NCBI RefSeq assembly: GCF_020745735.1
Contig: NC_083409.1
Location: forward strand, 17,628,341-17,692,340
Reading direction: 5' to 3'
DNA from: Hemiscyllium ocellatum
Lineage: Eukaryota
Length of the DNA: 64,000 bases
This document shows positions 24,779-36,799 of the stretch, in pieces. The notes beneath the pieces are model-generated. The model had not been told where the DNA came from. It worked only from the letters and a program-made list of their open reading frames with translations, and did no database searches. Positions within the stretch are counted from its first letter, which is position 1. Each line of letters begins with the position of its first letter. The position numbers were made by a program, and so were the translations under genes.

Positions 24779-25230
24779 TCCAATGCTAGGAATATTTTAG
24801 ACCAGACACCTTGTTGCCAGCAAGTTACTGCAACTTGAAAATTCAAGTACGATCAGAAAGAGAAAAAGGACAATGTGCAGATTGTTGAACAGGCCCCTAC
24901 ACCTGGGCCTGAGGCAGGAGCCCAAGCTCCAACACACTGCCTCACTTCACACCAACCTTCACACAGTGCGGGGTCATGAACTCCGGCCATCAATCCCTCT
25001 GGGACTGGGACGGAGTGAGGGAACAGGGATAATTGTAGAAGATTCAATAAGGAGTAAAGCAAGATGGAGAGGGTGTGTTTGGAAAGGGGTTAGAGGAGGA
25101 AATATACTTTGTGCCACTCAGTACTGACATCATCTACGTGTTTCACAGAATGAACAAAACAGCACACTGTGAAGACAAACAAAAGTCACATCAAATTACT
25201 TTTCTTATCACATGGGACATTTTCATTGTG
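24779..25230 (+). repeat. ~450-bp dispersed repeat, copy A (inverted partner at 35126-35548)
   Basis: Direct read shows long reverse-complement identity, e.g. ccaaccttcacacagtgcggggtcatgaactccggccatcaatccctctggg. Confidence 0.9.
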
Positions 25231-25336
25231 GTGCTTCTGAAACTGTACACTCTCTCTATGGGTCTCTGCAGATTGAGCCTGTCAGCTCCAAGCAGAGTCC
25301 CACTTTACGTTTTACTGATCAGGGACAGTGAAGCAG

Positions 25337-25351
25337 CTGCCCTCTAGTGGC
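25337..25351 (-). promoter_or_regulatory. CTCF-binding motif
   Basis: ctgccctctagtggc = (G)CCACTAGAGGGCAG on the minus strand, a canonical vertebrate CTCF core in non-repeat sequence. Confidence 0.7.
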
Positions 25352-28300
25352 GAGAGAGAGCTTGCACGGCTGCTGAGGATTATGGGTAAAGTCCCCTTCC
25401 ATTCGCGCCCACACAAACCAGCAGCTACTTCAGCTGCTTTATTGAAAACCACAAGCTTTCAAGGCGCTGTTCTTTCATCGGTGGAACTGGGCACACGATC
25501 AAATGAGTTAGGGGCAGATGAAGGAGATTCATCCTCTTGAGCCTGCTCCCCATGGCTGACCTGATTATTCCACATTCTTGCCTTACTCTGATAGATTCTT
25601 GAAAGCAATGGCTATCTACTTCTTCACTACAAGCATTCAGAGGTTTCATTTCTATGTTTGAAGGAGAGTTCCAAAGATCTATGACCTTATGCAAGAAGAA
25701 GAAAAACCTGCTTATCTTGGTCTTAAATGAGGGAACTTATTTTAGTTTTATATTCTCCCTGTAAAGGAAGCATTCTTTTCACATCCACACTGTATTCTAT
25801 GTTCATGTTGATATGGCATCTGCTTTTAATCAGCTGTTCTGTTATGAGAATAGCTGCCTATCCTGCCACCTTCAGTAACTGATGCACATAAACATCCAGG
25901 TCCTACTGCCCCTACACCCACCCATATTTGTACTCTTTAGTTTGTTTGTCTCTCCAAGTTTTCCTTGCAAAATGTTTCTACAGCCATCTGCTCATTCCAT
26001 TAACTTACCTACATGTTTTTCGAAGTTCGAAGCTAATTTCTTCAGCAGCTGTAATACATCCAAGTTTCATACCATCAGCAAATTTTGAAATTATGCCTTG
26101 TGCACTCAGGTTAACATTTATTTAACTATTTTAAGTACTTTTAAAAAAAAATCTTACAACCTATTTTAAATCAAACCTAAAATGTATTGCCCATCTCTAG
26201 TTGCTCGGACTGAGTTCTGAGCCAGATCATGGGGCCGTTAAGAATGAATCACGTCACTGTGTGGGACTGGAGTCACAGACCGGGTGATGACTGGGTTCCC
26301 TTGTCCAAACCACATTCATGAACATGACATTGAGTTTCATTGTTTTTTTTTGTTCAGATCCCAGCACCTTCCTTCCCAGATATTACATGGCTCACCACCG
26401 TCCTCTCGGACAATTAAGGAAGGGCAACAAATAGCAGCCATTTTTGTGCCCGCCCATCCCAGGAGAAATCAAAATAAATTAGGTACACTTCAAATGATCA
26501 AACTGGTGAGGCTTGAATTCATCTCTTTGAGAGACTGTAGGCTAGGCTAAAAGTAGAGCCATGACACGGGTGACCCTGGTTTGTCAGACTGAAAGGTGGA
26601 GTGTCCTTCAGATTGACACTGGGATCAGGCACAAAATGAATTACACTCAAAGACCGAACAAACGGCTATCAAACTGCAGAGAACAGTAATTTATCCAAGG
26701 GAACTCAACAGGTATCAGTGGGTGTAAGAGCATTAGGCAGGCAAGTGTCAGATCTTGTTGAATACACCAGAAACACAGTCACTCATTAAGAGAAGCAGGG
26801 AAATGGGAATAATTGAAATCTCTGCTGAGAGATGGAAGGGGTTTTCTCGGTTGTAACGCCTCTGAGAACGATAAAACTTGAAGGGTCGTTTATATCATAA
26901 ACAACATTGCAGCGTGGTGAACTGCTGCCTTCCTGAACCCGCTGCAGCCATGTGCTGTAGGTAGACCCAGAATGCCCTGAGGGAGAGAATCCCCTGATTT
27001 TAACCCAGTGACAGTGAAGGAACAGGGATATATTTCTAAGTCAGGTTTGGGGAAAATCTTACAGCTGGCAGTGTTCCCATGTGTGTACTATTTTAAAAGA
27101 TGTTAATAACCTGAAAAAGAGGAATAATAAAGGGAAAGTAATGCTAGAAAGCATTCGACTGGATGGTGATGGATTAATTATTGCGGTGACTTTTTGGGCA
27201 GAGTTGGCTGTTCTTGTCCAGCAGCAACATTCTCCATGGTAACGCCTCATTGCATTCCAAAAGAAGACATTTAAACCTCAAAACTCTGACCTCACTCAAA
27301 GGCAGTGCTAATTATTGACAGATTTTATGATTTTTTTAAAAGAAGTTTCAGCCTTGGCTAAGTTTATAGAACTCCTTCCATTGAGTCAGAAAGGTTTGGC
27401 TTCAGTTCACTCTAAGGTGGGTCAACAACTATCTCATCCATCAGTGACAGAACTGCTGGGAAGTTCCTTTTGGCTCCTGGGGAGGTCCGCAGTTGGGAGC
27501 GAGCAGAGCAATGCTTGTTGGAGACAAGGCTATCACTGGAGACCTTGGCTTATTATGGAAGCCCAGACTAAATGCAACTAAAGGCAGGTGTGGGTCACGG
27601 GAGAGGTGGCAGTTTAACATGAGGACATCATCTGAAGCTCGGTCCCTTGATTGGACACATTGTGGGAAAGCCAAGCTGATTTAATCCTTGAGCTGCCATA
27701 TAATCAGGATAGATTCAGGAATTTAGGGGTCAATTGGTTCCTCAGTCTAGTTGATATCGTCTGATGGTGGCTGAGAATTCCAGTTCACTACTTCTGTCCT
27801 GATATTCATTGGGAGAAATTTTAGCTGCCATTGGGGATATTGAAATCGGCTACTTGAGTGATTAAATGTGCCTGGAGTCATGTTTCCAACTGTATTAAAT
27901 CTGGGTCAAAGTGTAAGCATCAAACCTGATATTTCGTTTGCAAAACTGAGAGAAGATGTGCAGGTTAGGTGGTTGGCTGTGCTAAATTACTCATTATGCC
28001 CAAGAGATGTGCAGGCTAGCAAATGGAAAATGCAGGGTTACAGGGATAGGGTAGGGGATGTGTGGGTCTGGGTGGAATGGTCTTCAAAGTGTCGATGTGT
28101 ACTTGATTGGCCTCCTTCCACACGGAAAGAATTCCTCGATTCTATAATTGTATGAAGGCTAGAACAGGATCTCGACAGTGGAGGGAGAGTATTCTGATGT
28201 TCAAAAAATCATAAACAAAGAAACACAGTAAATGTAGATTTACCATCAGCGCTGACAAACTAAAAGGCAAAATGACACATTCTCCAGTCATATACCAGGT

Positions 28301-29899
28301 ACAGAAAGGAGATCAGGAAAAATATTTTGATGCAGTTATTTGAATTTAATGATTATAAACTGAGTGCTCTGTTCAAAAAAGTACAGAATTACTTTTTAGG
28401 ATTTCAACAGGTCTGAAGCAAAAGAGGAAATCAGGATCAGTCAGTTCAGAATACAGAATTTGAGTGAGACAAAACCCTTCTTGCGAAAGCGTTTCATTTT
28501 GCCTTGCTTTCTCTCCATGGATGCCGCATGACCCGCTGGGATCTTCAGTCTACATGGTATTTGCCTTTGCTGTGCTATTTCTTGCAAATTGTCCTGATGT
28601 GTGCAAGACAGAATCTTTGACAAAATGTGCCTTTTTTCAGCAATATTCAAATTCAGATCAGTTTGAAGAGAAAGCAGGGCCATGGAATCATCTTTCTCTG
28701 CAGGGAGGGACGGAGTGTGTGTGGAATCTCCCATGGGCACGGTTCTCCTGGCTGCCATCACATCAGGAAGGCTGGAGCTTGATGATTGAGCTGAATGGAC
28801 AGGGCTCACTCTCACAGTCCTCAGGGCCATGGAGCCTCTTGTAATGGGAGCATCTGCTTGGTGTTGGGGCAGGCAATGACATTGCAGTGGGATTGGAAAT
28901 GGGACAACTCGACACTGGATGCTGCACAATGGCTGCACTGACTCTTCCTCTCTGCCTGATCCCTTCAGGAGTGAACGTGGATGTACAGAATAGCTGAACA
29001 CCTTGGTTTTTGAAGAAGGCATGTGCAATGGAACATTATTCTCCAGCTGACTGTCACCAGCTTGGTGCTAGAAAAGGTTCCTTTATTCATTGAGCTGAGA
29101 GCCTTGCTCCTGACCCAGCAGATTGCTGTTGTGTGGAGTTTCAGGAGATAAAGTGAGGCTGAGGAGGGAGTGAATGAGCAAGTGAGTAAATCTGCTTCTC
29201 AAATTTCCCAGCAACATTGAGAACTCAGGGTTAAGACACAAAGGAGGAAGGATGAAGAGTTGAAGAAAGATTTCACACAGACAATATGCATGAGTGGGTA
29301 TAGAGAAAAAAACTAATTAATTCTTTTGAAATTACAAAATTAGAGGCTGGATTAGGCCACTCAATCCTTCAGGACTTATCCACCAATAAATAGGACCATG
29401 GCTGATGTGAATTTGCTTCCAGCACCACATTCCCATCCATCACACCTCCCTGATGTGTCACCATTTTCTTCAACTCAGTCTCCAATCCAAACACCCTAAG
29501 TGGGAATTGTTGCAGTTTCATACGTTCACAACAGATGTATTTACACTGAATCACTTTACTTTAGTAAAGAAATACATATCCCGCTTACAAACAAAATACA
29601 TCCATTCCTTGGTGATACCAGTAATTGCCTTCAGTATCTGAATTAAAGTTTTCGTGCTTTCCATTTATTGACCTTCCCGAATGGGGGTGTCCCGGAGCAG
29701 TACAAGACGACATGAGGATATAGACGGGCTGGGAGGGTCAGATGGGCTGATCAGTAACAAGTGGAATTCTTTCCAATAAATGTGAGTCAGTGGACTGAGC
29801 TCTCCCTGACCATGCGAGTGAGGTGAGGGCAGAGTGACAGCACTTGACATCAAGGTCTCTTTGATGGTGTGTGGCATCAAGGAGCCTGAGCAATGCAGC

Positions 29900-30260
29900 A
29901 GCTTTTCACCAGGAAAGGGATCAACATCGGGATCCCTCTGAGCAACTCCTGGGAGTTCTGTCATCCCAAAGGGACACATCCCCCTCCTCAGTTCCCACAA
30001 ACAGCAGCAAGTCAAGCACACACTGTCCAAACTGTTTGGGGGAGCTGACCTGAACTCTCACAGCTCTGTGCCATGCTCTGCTGGAAGATGGAGGGACTAT
30101 TCGGGAGCCCTTGGCACAGACAGCTCCATCAATATTGTTGGTCTTTAAACATGAAGCTGAACTTGCCCTGGTCCTCAGCCCTCCCTGACCCAATACGGAC
30201 CAGGGCACATTCGAAATGACCAACTGTGTAAAGACATATTGCCAGTCTGTCTGCAATGAT
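29900..30260 (-). pseudogene. pol: Degraded retroviral reverse-transcriptase fragment
   Basis: With frameshifts: YVFTQLVISNVPWS..EDQGKFSFMFKDQQY*WSCLCQGLPNSPSIFQ..QCVLDLLLF (cf. LPQG..NSP and QYVDDLL). Confidence 0.7.
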
Positions 30261-30810
30261 CCAATCTGTTCTGAACACTCCCTGAGTGAGCTCACTCTGT
30301 TATGTTCAGATACACTGCCATTGAGTGCCCAGGGAGCCCATCCTTACACTATATACATATAAAAGTCTCAATATGTTCCCTGCTTCCCATCCACACAAAT
30401 ATAGACACAGGCTCTTGTCCATTCATCCCACACCATTAGGCACACGTATTCAGGATGGGTACTGCCCCTTAGAGCACCCTCATGGTGGATGGGGAATTAT
30501 GGAGTGAAAGGTACCCTCCCCACTCTGGGTTTGGATCTTTCCCATCTACACTCTGAGTTCAGCTTACTCTCGGCATCATTCTTCAATCTTTCTGAACTCC
30601 AACACACCTTCCTTCTTTTCCCCATTTATTGGGGATGATTTTCTCAGGGCCCTGAGTTCCTACTGAAAGTGTCTCTTCTGTCCCTAATTTAGTATTGCCC
30701 TCCTGCTCCCGGGACCCCATTGCCCTCCCTCTTCTCCCCCTCGTGTCCCGTGCCTTGAGAGTGGAGTTTAACACTTCACACACCCTTTCCCTGAGGTTTC
30801 AGCTCAGGCC

Positions 30811-31607
30811 ATTTCCAAAGCACACAGAGACAGAGACTGAATCTTCTTCATCTTTATTCCCTTTTCCAGATTGACATTGACAGAAAACAGTCAGCAATTA
30901 ACAGCCCAGACAGAGGAAGCTGCTCAAATTCACAGCCACAATGGAGCTTGAGGAAAACACTTGTGGAGATTTTCTCAATAACCTGAGAATCCTGTCCCTT
31001 TAAACAGTGACAAAACCTTATATTGGAGCTGGTGGCTGAGCAGGAAGGAGATCTGGTTTCTTGAAGCAGAGACTTCTGAGGTTCACATTGTTTTTACACA
31101 GGGGACAGTTTTCAATATCTTTGAAAGGTTATGCTTGTTATTACAAGTCAACATTGTCCCCAACAAACAGTCTCCTGGACAGGGACAGAATACGGTTAGA
31201 TCCAGAGTAAAGCTCTTTCCGTACTGTTCCCACCAAAGACACCCAGGACAGGGACAGGATAAGAAACTGAATAATGCTGTCTCCACATTGTCCTCGTCAA
31301 ACACTCCCAGGACAGGGACAGCACTGGTTGGGAACAGAGTGAAGCTCTCTCTACAGTGTCACAGTAACCTGCCTTAACCCCTGAACCTCAGAGTCTCCCA
31401 GAGGCCAGTCTCAAGAAGGAAGAGAGTTGAAATTCAGTGTTGACAATAACCTTTGTCCTGCCAGCTCAGCCCTGTTCTATTTAAAGTTGTGTCTCCTGTG
31501 TGGACTGTCTCCAACACTCTACACACATTCTGATCTCCTGATGCTCTTGCTGAGGGGAGAGGGAAGGGTCACATGGGTGAGGGCACAGGAGAAGTGAGCG
31601 TTGGACT
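30811..31607 (-). pseudogene. IGKC: Truncated inverted IGKC copy: last 28 codons (31519-31605) plus full 3'UTR and polyA region
   Basis: Reverse complement reads SNAHFSCALTHVTLPSPLSKSIRRSECV*, 3 nt differences from 16557-16643; UTR homology runs to the equivalent of 17184; no 5' part of C, J or V seen. Confidence 0.93.
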
Positions 31608-31769
31608 GGCAGAAGTATCAATTTTAATATTTGTATCGTACACCTAACAAACCCGATGTATTTTTAAATTATTTTTTGATTGTGGACATTCAAGTCCCCC
31701 ACCCAGAGTACATTCTGTGCCCTCATCACCCTCAGAACTTCCACTAAGTGCTGTTCAACATGGAGGAGA

Positions 31770-31945
31770 GACTGACTTTCTGACAGAGCGGCATTCCCTC
31801 AGTACGAACCCTCTGACAGTGTGGCACTGTCTCAGTACTAACCCATCATTAGTGCAACACTCCATCAGTACTGACTCTCCAATGGCGTGGCACTCCCTCA
31901 GTACTGTCCTTCTGACAGTGCTGCACTCCCTCAGTAGGGCACTCT
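31770..31945. repeat. Degenerate ~32-bp shark minisatellite
   Basis: ctgacagtg(t/c)(g/t)gcactccctcagtactg units, ~5-6 copies. Confidence 0.75.
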
Positions 31946-32587
31946 CAGCCTGGATAATTTGCTTCAGTGATAGAATCATGTAATGATGGAATCTGTACAA
32001 TGTTGAAGCAGGCCATTCACCCCAATGTGTTCACACCAACCCTCCGAAGAACATTCCACCCAGATCCAAACCACTGCATTATCCCTGTAACCCTGCATTT
32101 CCCAATGGCTCATCCACCCAGTCTGCAACATTGTAAGTGTGAGGGGAGAGTGCTCCCCACTGAGACCAGACTGACACCTCCTGGTCCAAGAGCCTGCCTT
32201 GCTTCCCCATCCCAGCCCACACTTGGAGGAATGAGCTATTCGAGATGTTTCCCAGCCAGAGATAGTGCCTTCAGGAGAGAGATGGAGAGCAGATGATAGG
32301 GGCAGGGGGCAGTGGGGTCTGTTGTCTTGAGGTGGGGTGTAGGACACATTGAAGCAGGCGATGGCAGGTGCTGAGCCCTTTCCCCAGAAGAGTTTGTAAG
32401 TTGATGGGTGAAAGTGGTAGGGGCACTAGAGTAACACCTTTGTTGCTGCTGAAACTCTTGCTGCCTGCTCAGTCACGTCTGAGAGACACACAGATACATC
32501 AGACACACAGGAGGCAGCTTTCTGTGGATGTTCTCCTGGAGCAGATCTCATCAATCATGGAGCTATGGTCAGTAACAGTGTAAGCTG

Positions 32588-32823
32588 TGTAACCAAGAGG
32601 TGGGCACTGTGGAGTGTGGAGTGTTTTATTTCCCCCCCGACTCTACTTTGATTCACTCCCTGCCCTCCCCTTCACTGTTTGATCACGTAGCATTGGCCTT
32701 TGATGTGAAGGACACTGCTTGTCACTGGCCACTCGGGTATTTCCTTTCTTCCTGGAGGTGGAAAATGAATAAAGACTTCTGCACTTGTCATTTTTCACTG
32801 TGTCTCACACTTGCACACATACA
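32588..32823 (+). mobile_element. Solo-LTR-like element (related to 18890-19200)
   Basis: tgtaacc...gaataaagacttc...gtctcacacttgcacacataca; shares cctgccctccccttcactgtttgatcac..gcttgtcactggccac. Confidence 0.5.
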
Positions 32824-35125
32824 ATGTGGGTGCTGGGGGAAAATTATGCTCCACCATTGTTAGGCAGCTGTGTGGGGTTATAGAAAAGAAAAAAAATAAA
32901 AACTGTGCTGCCCTGAAAACCTGAGTCTGCATCTCAGCTTGGAAGGATATCAGCTCATTCATCAAAATTGGTCCTGCCCCTCCGCAGCCTAGTCAGGCTG
33001 CCTTTGCCTTTCCATCACTCCCAGGTTATCTTTGTGCCACAGCTCATTCTCCTGAGAGTTGGCTATACTCAGGCCCAGCACATGATCTTGTCCCACTGTC
33101 AGATCCTCTTCGAGAAACTCATGGCTCACCACTGCCCTCTCCTGGGCAATTGGAGAAGGGTAATAAATAGCTGACAGGTCAATACATTCCCCATCCCAAG
33201 AGAAATAAAAAAAACGATGTAGAATTCAAATGATCCAACTGGTGGAAGATGGAGTGGATCCGTGATTAAATTTCACCTGATAATTGCTGTATTAAGTTCA
33301 AGGTGAACTTAAGGTGGTCTCTGCTGAATTCAGATCAATTCTCATGGTTAACTTTCTCTCCAAACTGATTCTAATTTGAGTGTTGCTGAAAAACAAAACA
33401 TTTTCTTGGAGCTTTTTGACTTGCATGCATCAGGACAATTTGCAAGAAATGCCACAGCAAAGGGAAACAATATTTAAACTGGTGTGTTCATAGTGACAAC
33501 ACCTCAATCTGTCAGCACTTTCCTCTCATGCAATATAAATGTTGTTTTTTTCTCTTTCGATTGGATTTTTGCAATTGCCCTGATGAAGGAAAAACAAAAA
33601 GCTTCCACAATATTCTCAAATAACTATTTGACCGTAATTTACTCTTTTGCTTCAGACCTGTTCAATTTCCAAGGAGTAATTCTGTCCCATTTTAAATGGA
33701 GGTCTCAGTTCATCAGCACTCACTAAATTCCAATCTCTGCATCAAAATATTTTTCCTGATCGCCTTCCTGTACCTGGTGTTTGACCACAGAATGTGTCAT
33801 TTTGCCTTTCAGTTTGCCATCATTGACAGAAAATCTACATTTACTGTGTTGATTTCATTAAGGCATTTTGAATATCAGAATTCCCTCCCTCCCTCCTCGA
33901 GATCCTGTTCTGGTGTTTCCTTGTAACCTAGATCTCCTATCCCTGGACTATTCTGCATTGCACCTCATAGAAACCCCTAACTGTCCACCATATTCCAGAT
34001 GTGACCTAACCATTCTTCAGTACAGCTGTCCTGGCCACTCTCCCCTCCATCTCCTCACTCTCAACATTCATTCCAAAATCCCAGCGGCCTTTCCCATGTC
34101 TTATTCTGAAAATTTTCCCAATTTTAAGCATTTATGTCACTGGCCATCCTTTCTTACCCGCTGCAGTACATTGTTTACAATATGAGCTGCACTTCAACAT
34201 GTATTGTTCTGAGTCATTACAAGCAGGAAAGCTTCTTGCCAACTCTCAGGAGAGAAACGCAATTAATCCCATTGCCCTGCTCTATCCCAATCGCGTTAAT
34301 TGTATTTCTGGTGTATTCAACAACATCTGCATTACAGTCTTACACCCACTAATGGCTTTCTGTCATCTCTTGAGTTCTTCCTGATTAACTTTTTTTTGCA
34401 GTTTAGTGACATTGTCTTTGTACCCGTTTGTTAGACCTTTGCAATTCATATTGTGCCTGATCCCAGTGCCAGTCGTTGGGGCACTCCACCTTGTATTCTG
34501 AAAAAAAGCAGGCGCCAGTCTTTCAAAGAGATTGATTCAAACCTCCCCCAGGTTAATCATTTGAATTGTCCCTAATTTATTTTGATTTCTCCTGGGATGG
34601 GGAAAGCGTTGATGTGTCTGCTATTGGTTGCCCTTCCCTAATTGTCCTGGAGAGGGCGGTGGTGAGCAATTTAATATCTGGGAAGGATGGCACTGGGATG
34701 TGTCCAAACAAAAACTATGAAACTCAATGTCATTTTATTATGTTCTTTAGGCAAGGGAATCCAGTCATCACCCAGACTGTGATTCCAGTCCCACAGTGAC
34801 ATGATTCATTCTTCACGGCCCCATGATCTGGCTCAGCAAAGAACTCAGTCCGAACTGCTGGAGATGGGCAATAAATATGAGGCTTGCCAATGACATTAAC
34901 ACCCTGAGAAGGAATAATGCTGCTCTTTGCTGTCTGCCTTTTAGCCTCTGAGCCACCACACTCTCGCTGTTAAGGGTCTCTAATCCTCTCACATTAATAT
35001 ATTAAATGATGGCAATATGTGAAGAGCTTTTATTTTGAATTGTCAGTTCTCTTTTCCCATGCCTCTCTCCTCTTCAGGGGGGAGGGAGGGAAAACAGCTT
35101 TTGAACTAGGATACTTATCACAGCC

Positions 35126-35548
35126 CAATGAAAATGTCTCCTGTGATATGATTATCTTCACAGTGTGCTGTTTTGTTCATTCTGTGATACACGTAGACAA
35201 TATCAGTATTGAGAGGGACAAAGTATATGTCCTTCTCTAACCCCTTTCCAACACACCCTCCCCATCTTGCTTTACTCCTTATTGACTCTTCTACAATTGT
35301 CCCTGTTCCCTCACTCCGTCCCGGTCCCAGAGGGATTGATGGCCGGAGTTCATGACCCCGCACTGTGTGAAGGTTGGTGTGAAGTGAGGCCAGTGTGCTG
35401 GAGGTTGGGCTCCTGCCTCAGGCCCAGGTGTAGGGGACTGTTCGACAATCTGCACATTATCCTTTTTCTATTTCTGAATGAACTGAATCAAGTTGCAGTA
35501 AGGATCTGGCAACAAGGTGTCTTTTCTAAAATGTTCCCAGCATTGGAT
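35126..35548 (-). repeat. ~450-bp dispersed repeat, copy B (inverted relative to 24779-25230)
   Basis: Reciprocal ORF-track translations are near-identical (RGHELRPSIPLG.GRSEGTG.IVE.SIRSKARW). Confidence 0.9.
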
Positions 35549-35549
35549 A

Positions 35550-36625
35550 CAGAATTGGCTGTGTTGGAGGAGACAGAGGGCAGTGATGGGAGGATGGTTT
35601 TCAGAATGGAGGTCTAGTGGTGTTTTACAGGGTTCAGTGGTGGGAACTCTGCTGTTCATGGTCTGCATAAATGATTTGGAGGAAGGTGTAGCTGGTCTAA
35701 TTAAAAAGTTAACAGTTGATACAAAGATTGGTAGAGTTACAGATAATGAGAAGGATTGTCAGAGGATACAGCAGGATAGAGATCAGTTAGATGCACGGAC
35801 AGAAAAATGGCAGATTTGGTTTAATCCAGACAAATGTGAGGTGATGCATTTTGAAAGGTGATGTACAGGTGGGAATTATACAGTGAATGGCAGAATCCTT
35901 TGGAATATTGATATGCAGAGGGATCTGGGTGTGTATGTTCACAGATCACTGAAGGTGGCAGCATGGGGAGGTAAGGTTGTGAAAAAGGCTTATGGCCTGC
36001 TTGCCTTCATTGGAAGGGGCATTGAGTATAAGGACAGACAAGTTATGCTGCAGCTTTATAGAACTTTAGTTAGGCCACACTTGGAATAGTGCACACAGTT
36101 CTGGTCACCACACCATCAGAAGGATGTGGATGTTTTGAAGACGGTGCAGAAAATGTTTACCAGGATATTGTCTGGTATGGGGGGGATTTTAGTTCTGAAG
36201 AAAGGTTGGAGAGACTGGGTTTGTTTTCACCAGAATGAGGGAAAATGAGGTGTGACCTCAAAGAAGTTTATTAAGTTTTGAATGGCATAGGTAGGGTGGA
36301 AAATATGAAGCTTTTTCCCAGGATGGAGGGGTCACTTACTCGGGGACAGAGGTTCAAGGTGCGGGGGGAAGGAGGAATTTAAAAGAGATGTGCGAGGCAA
36401 GTATTTCACTCAAAGGGAGTTGAGTACCTGGAACACACTGCCAGAAGAGGTAGTGGAAGCAGACACAATAGAAGTATTCAAGAAATACCTGCACTAATGC
36501 ATGAATAGGAAGGGAATAGAGGGATATGAATCCTGTAGGTGAATACAGTTTCAGTGAGGAAGGGCAAAATGTGTCAGCACAGGCTTGGAGGGCCGAAGGG
36601 CCTGTTTCTGTGCTGTATTGTGCCT
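35550..36625 (+). mobile_element. 5'-truncated CR1 LINE
   Basis: SGVLQGSVVGTLLFMVCINDL..DTKIG; LYRTLVRPHLE; tail ggagggccgaagggcctgtttctgtgctgt. Confidence 0.9.
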
Positions 36626-36799
36626 TGTTCTTCGATCCCTGCTGTTGAATTGGATTCTCGGGAGCCAGCTCCGTATGAAGAGCCTGTTCTCATTCTTTTA
36701 TTGGAGTTCATGGGGCAGCTGCTGCTTCCTTGCTACGTCACTGATCAAACCAACAATGTGGAAAGCCTCTTGATATTCAAAGTTTGGGAGAAGATTTGT

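Noticed and set aside
28441-29028. 195-aa and 126-aa ORFs, and a GVCVESPMGTVL similarity to a Penelope RT motif
   Set aside because: No recognisable domain; the expected downstream YVDD motif is absent; insufficient support.
29043-29082. J-like TFSSTKLVTVS on the minus strand
   Set aside because: Lacks FGxG, an RSS and a splice donor.
30811-31607. Processed (retrotransposed) pseudogene origin for the C fragment
   Set aside because: No poly(A) tail or TSD, and homology includes the downstream GT-rich element; disfavoured though not formally excluded.
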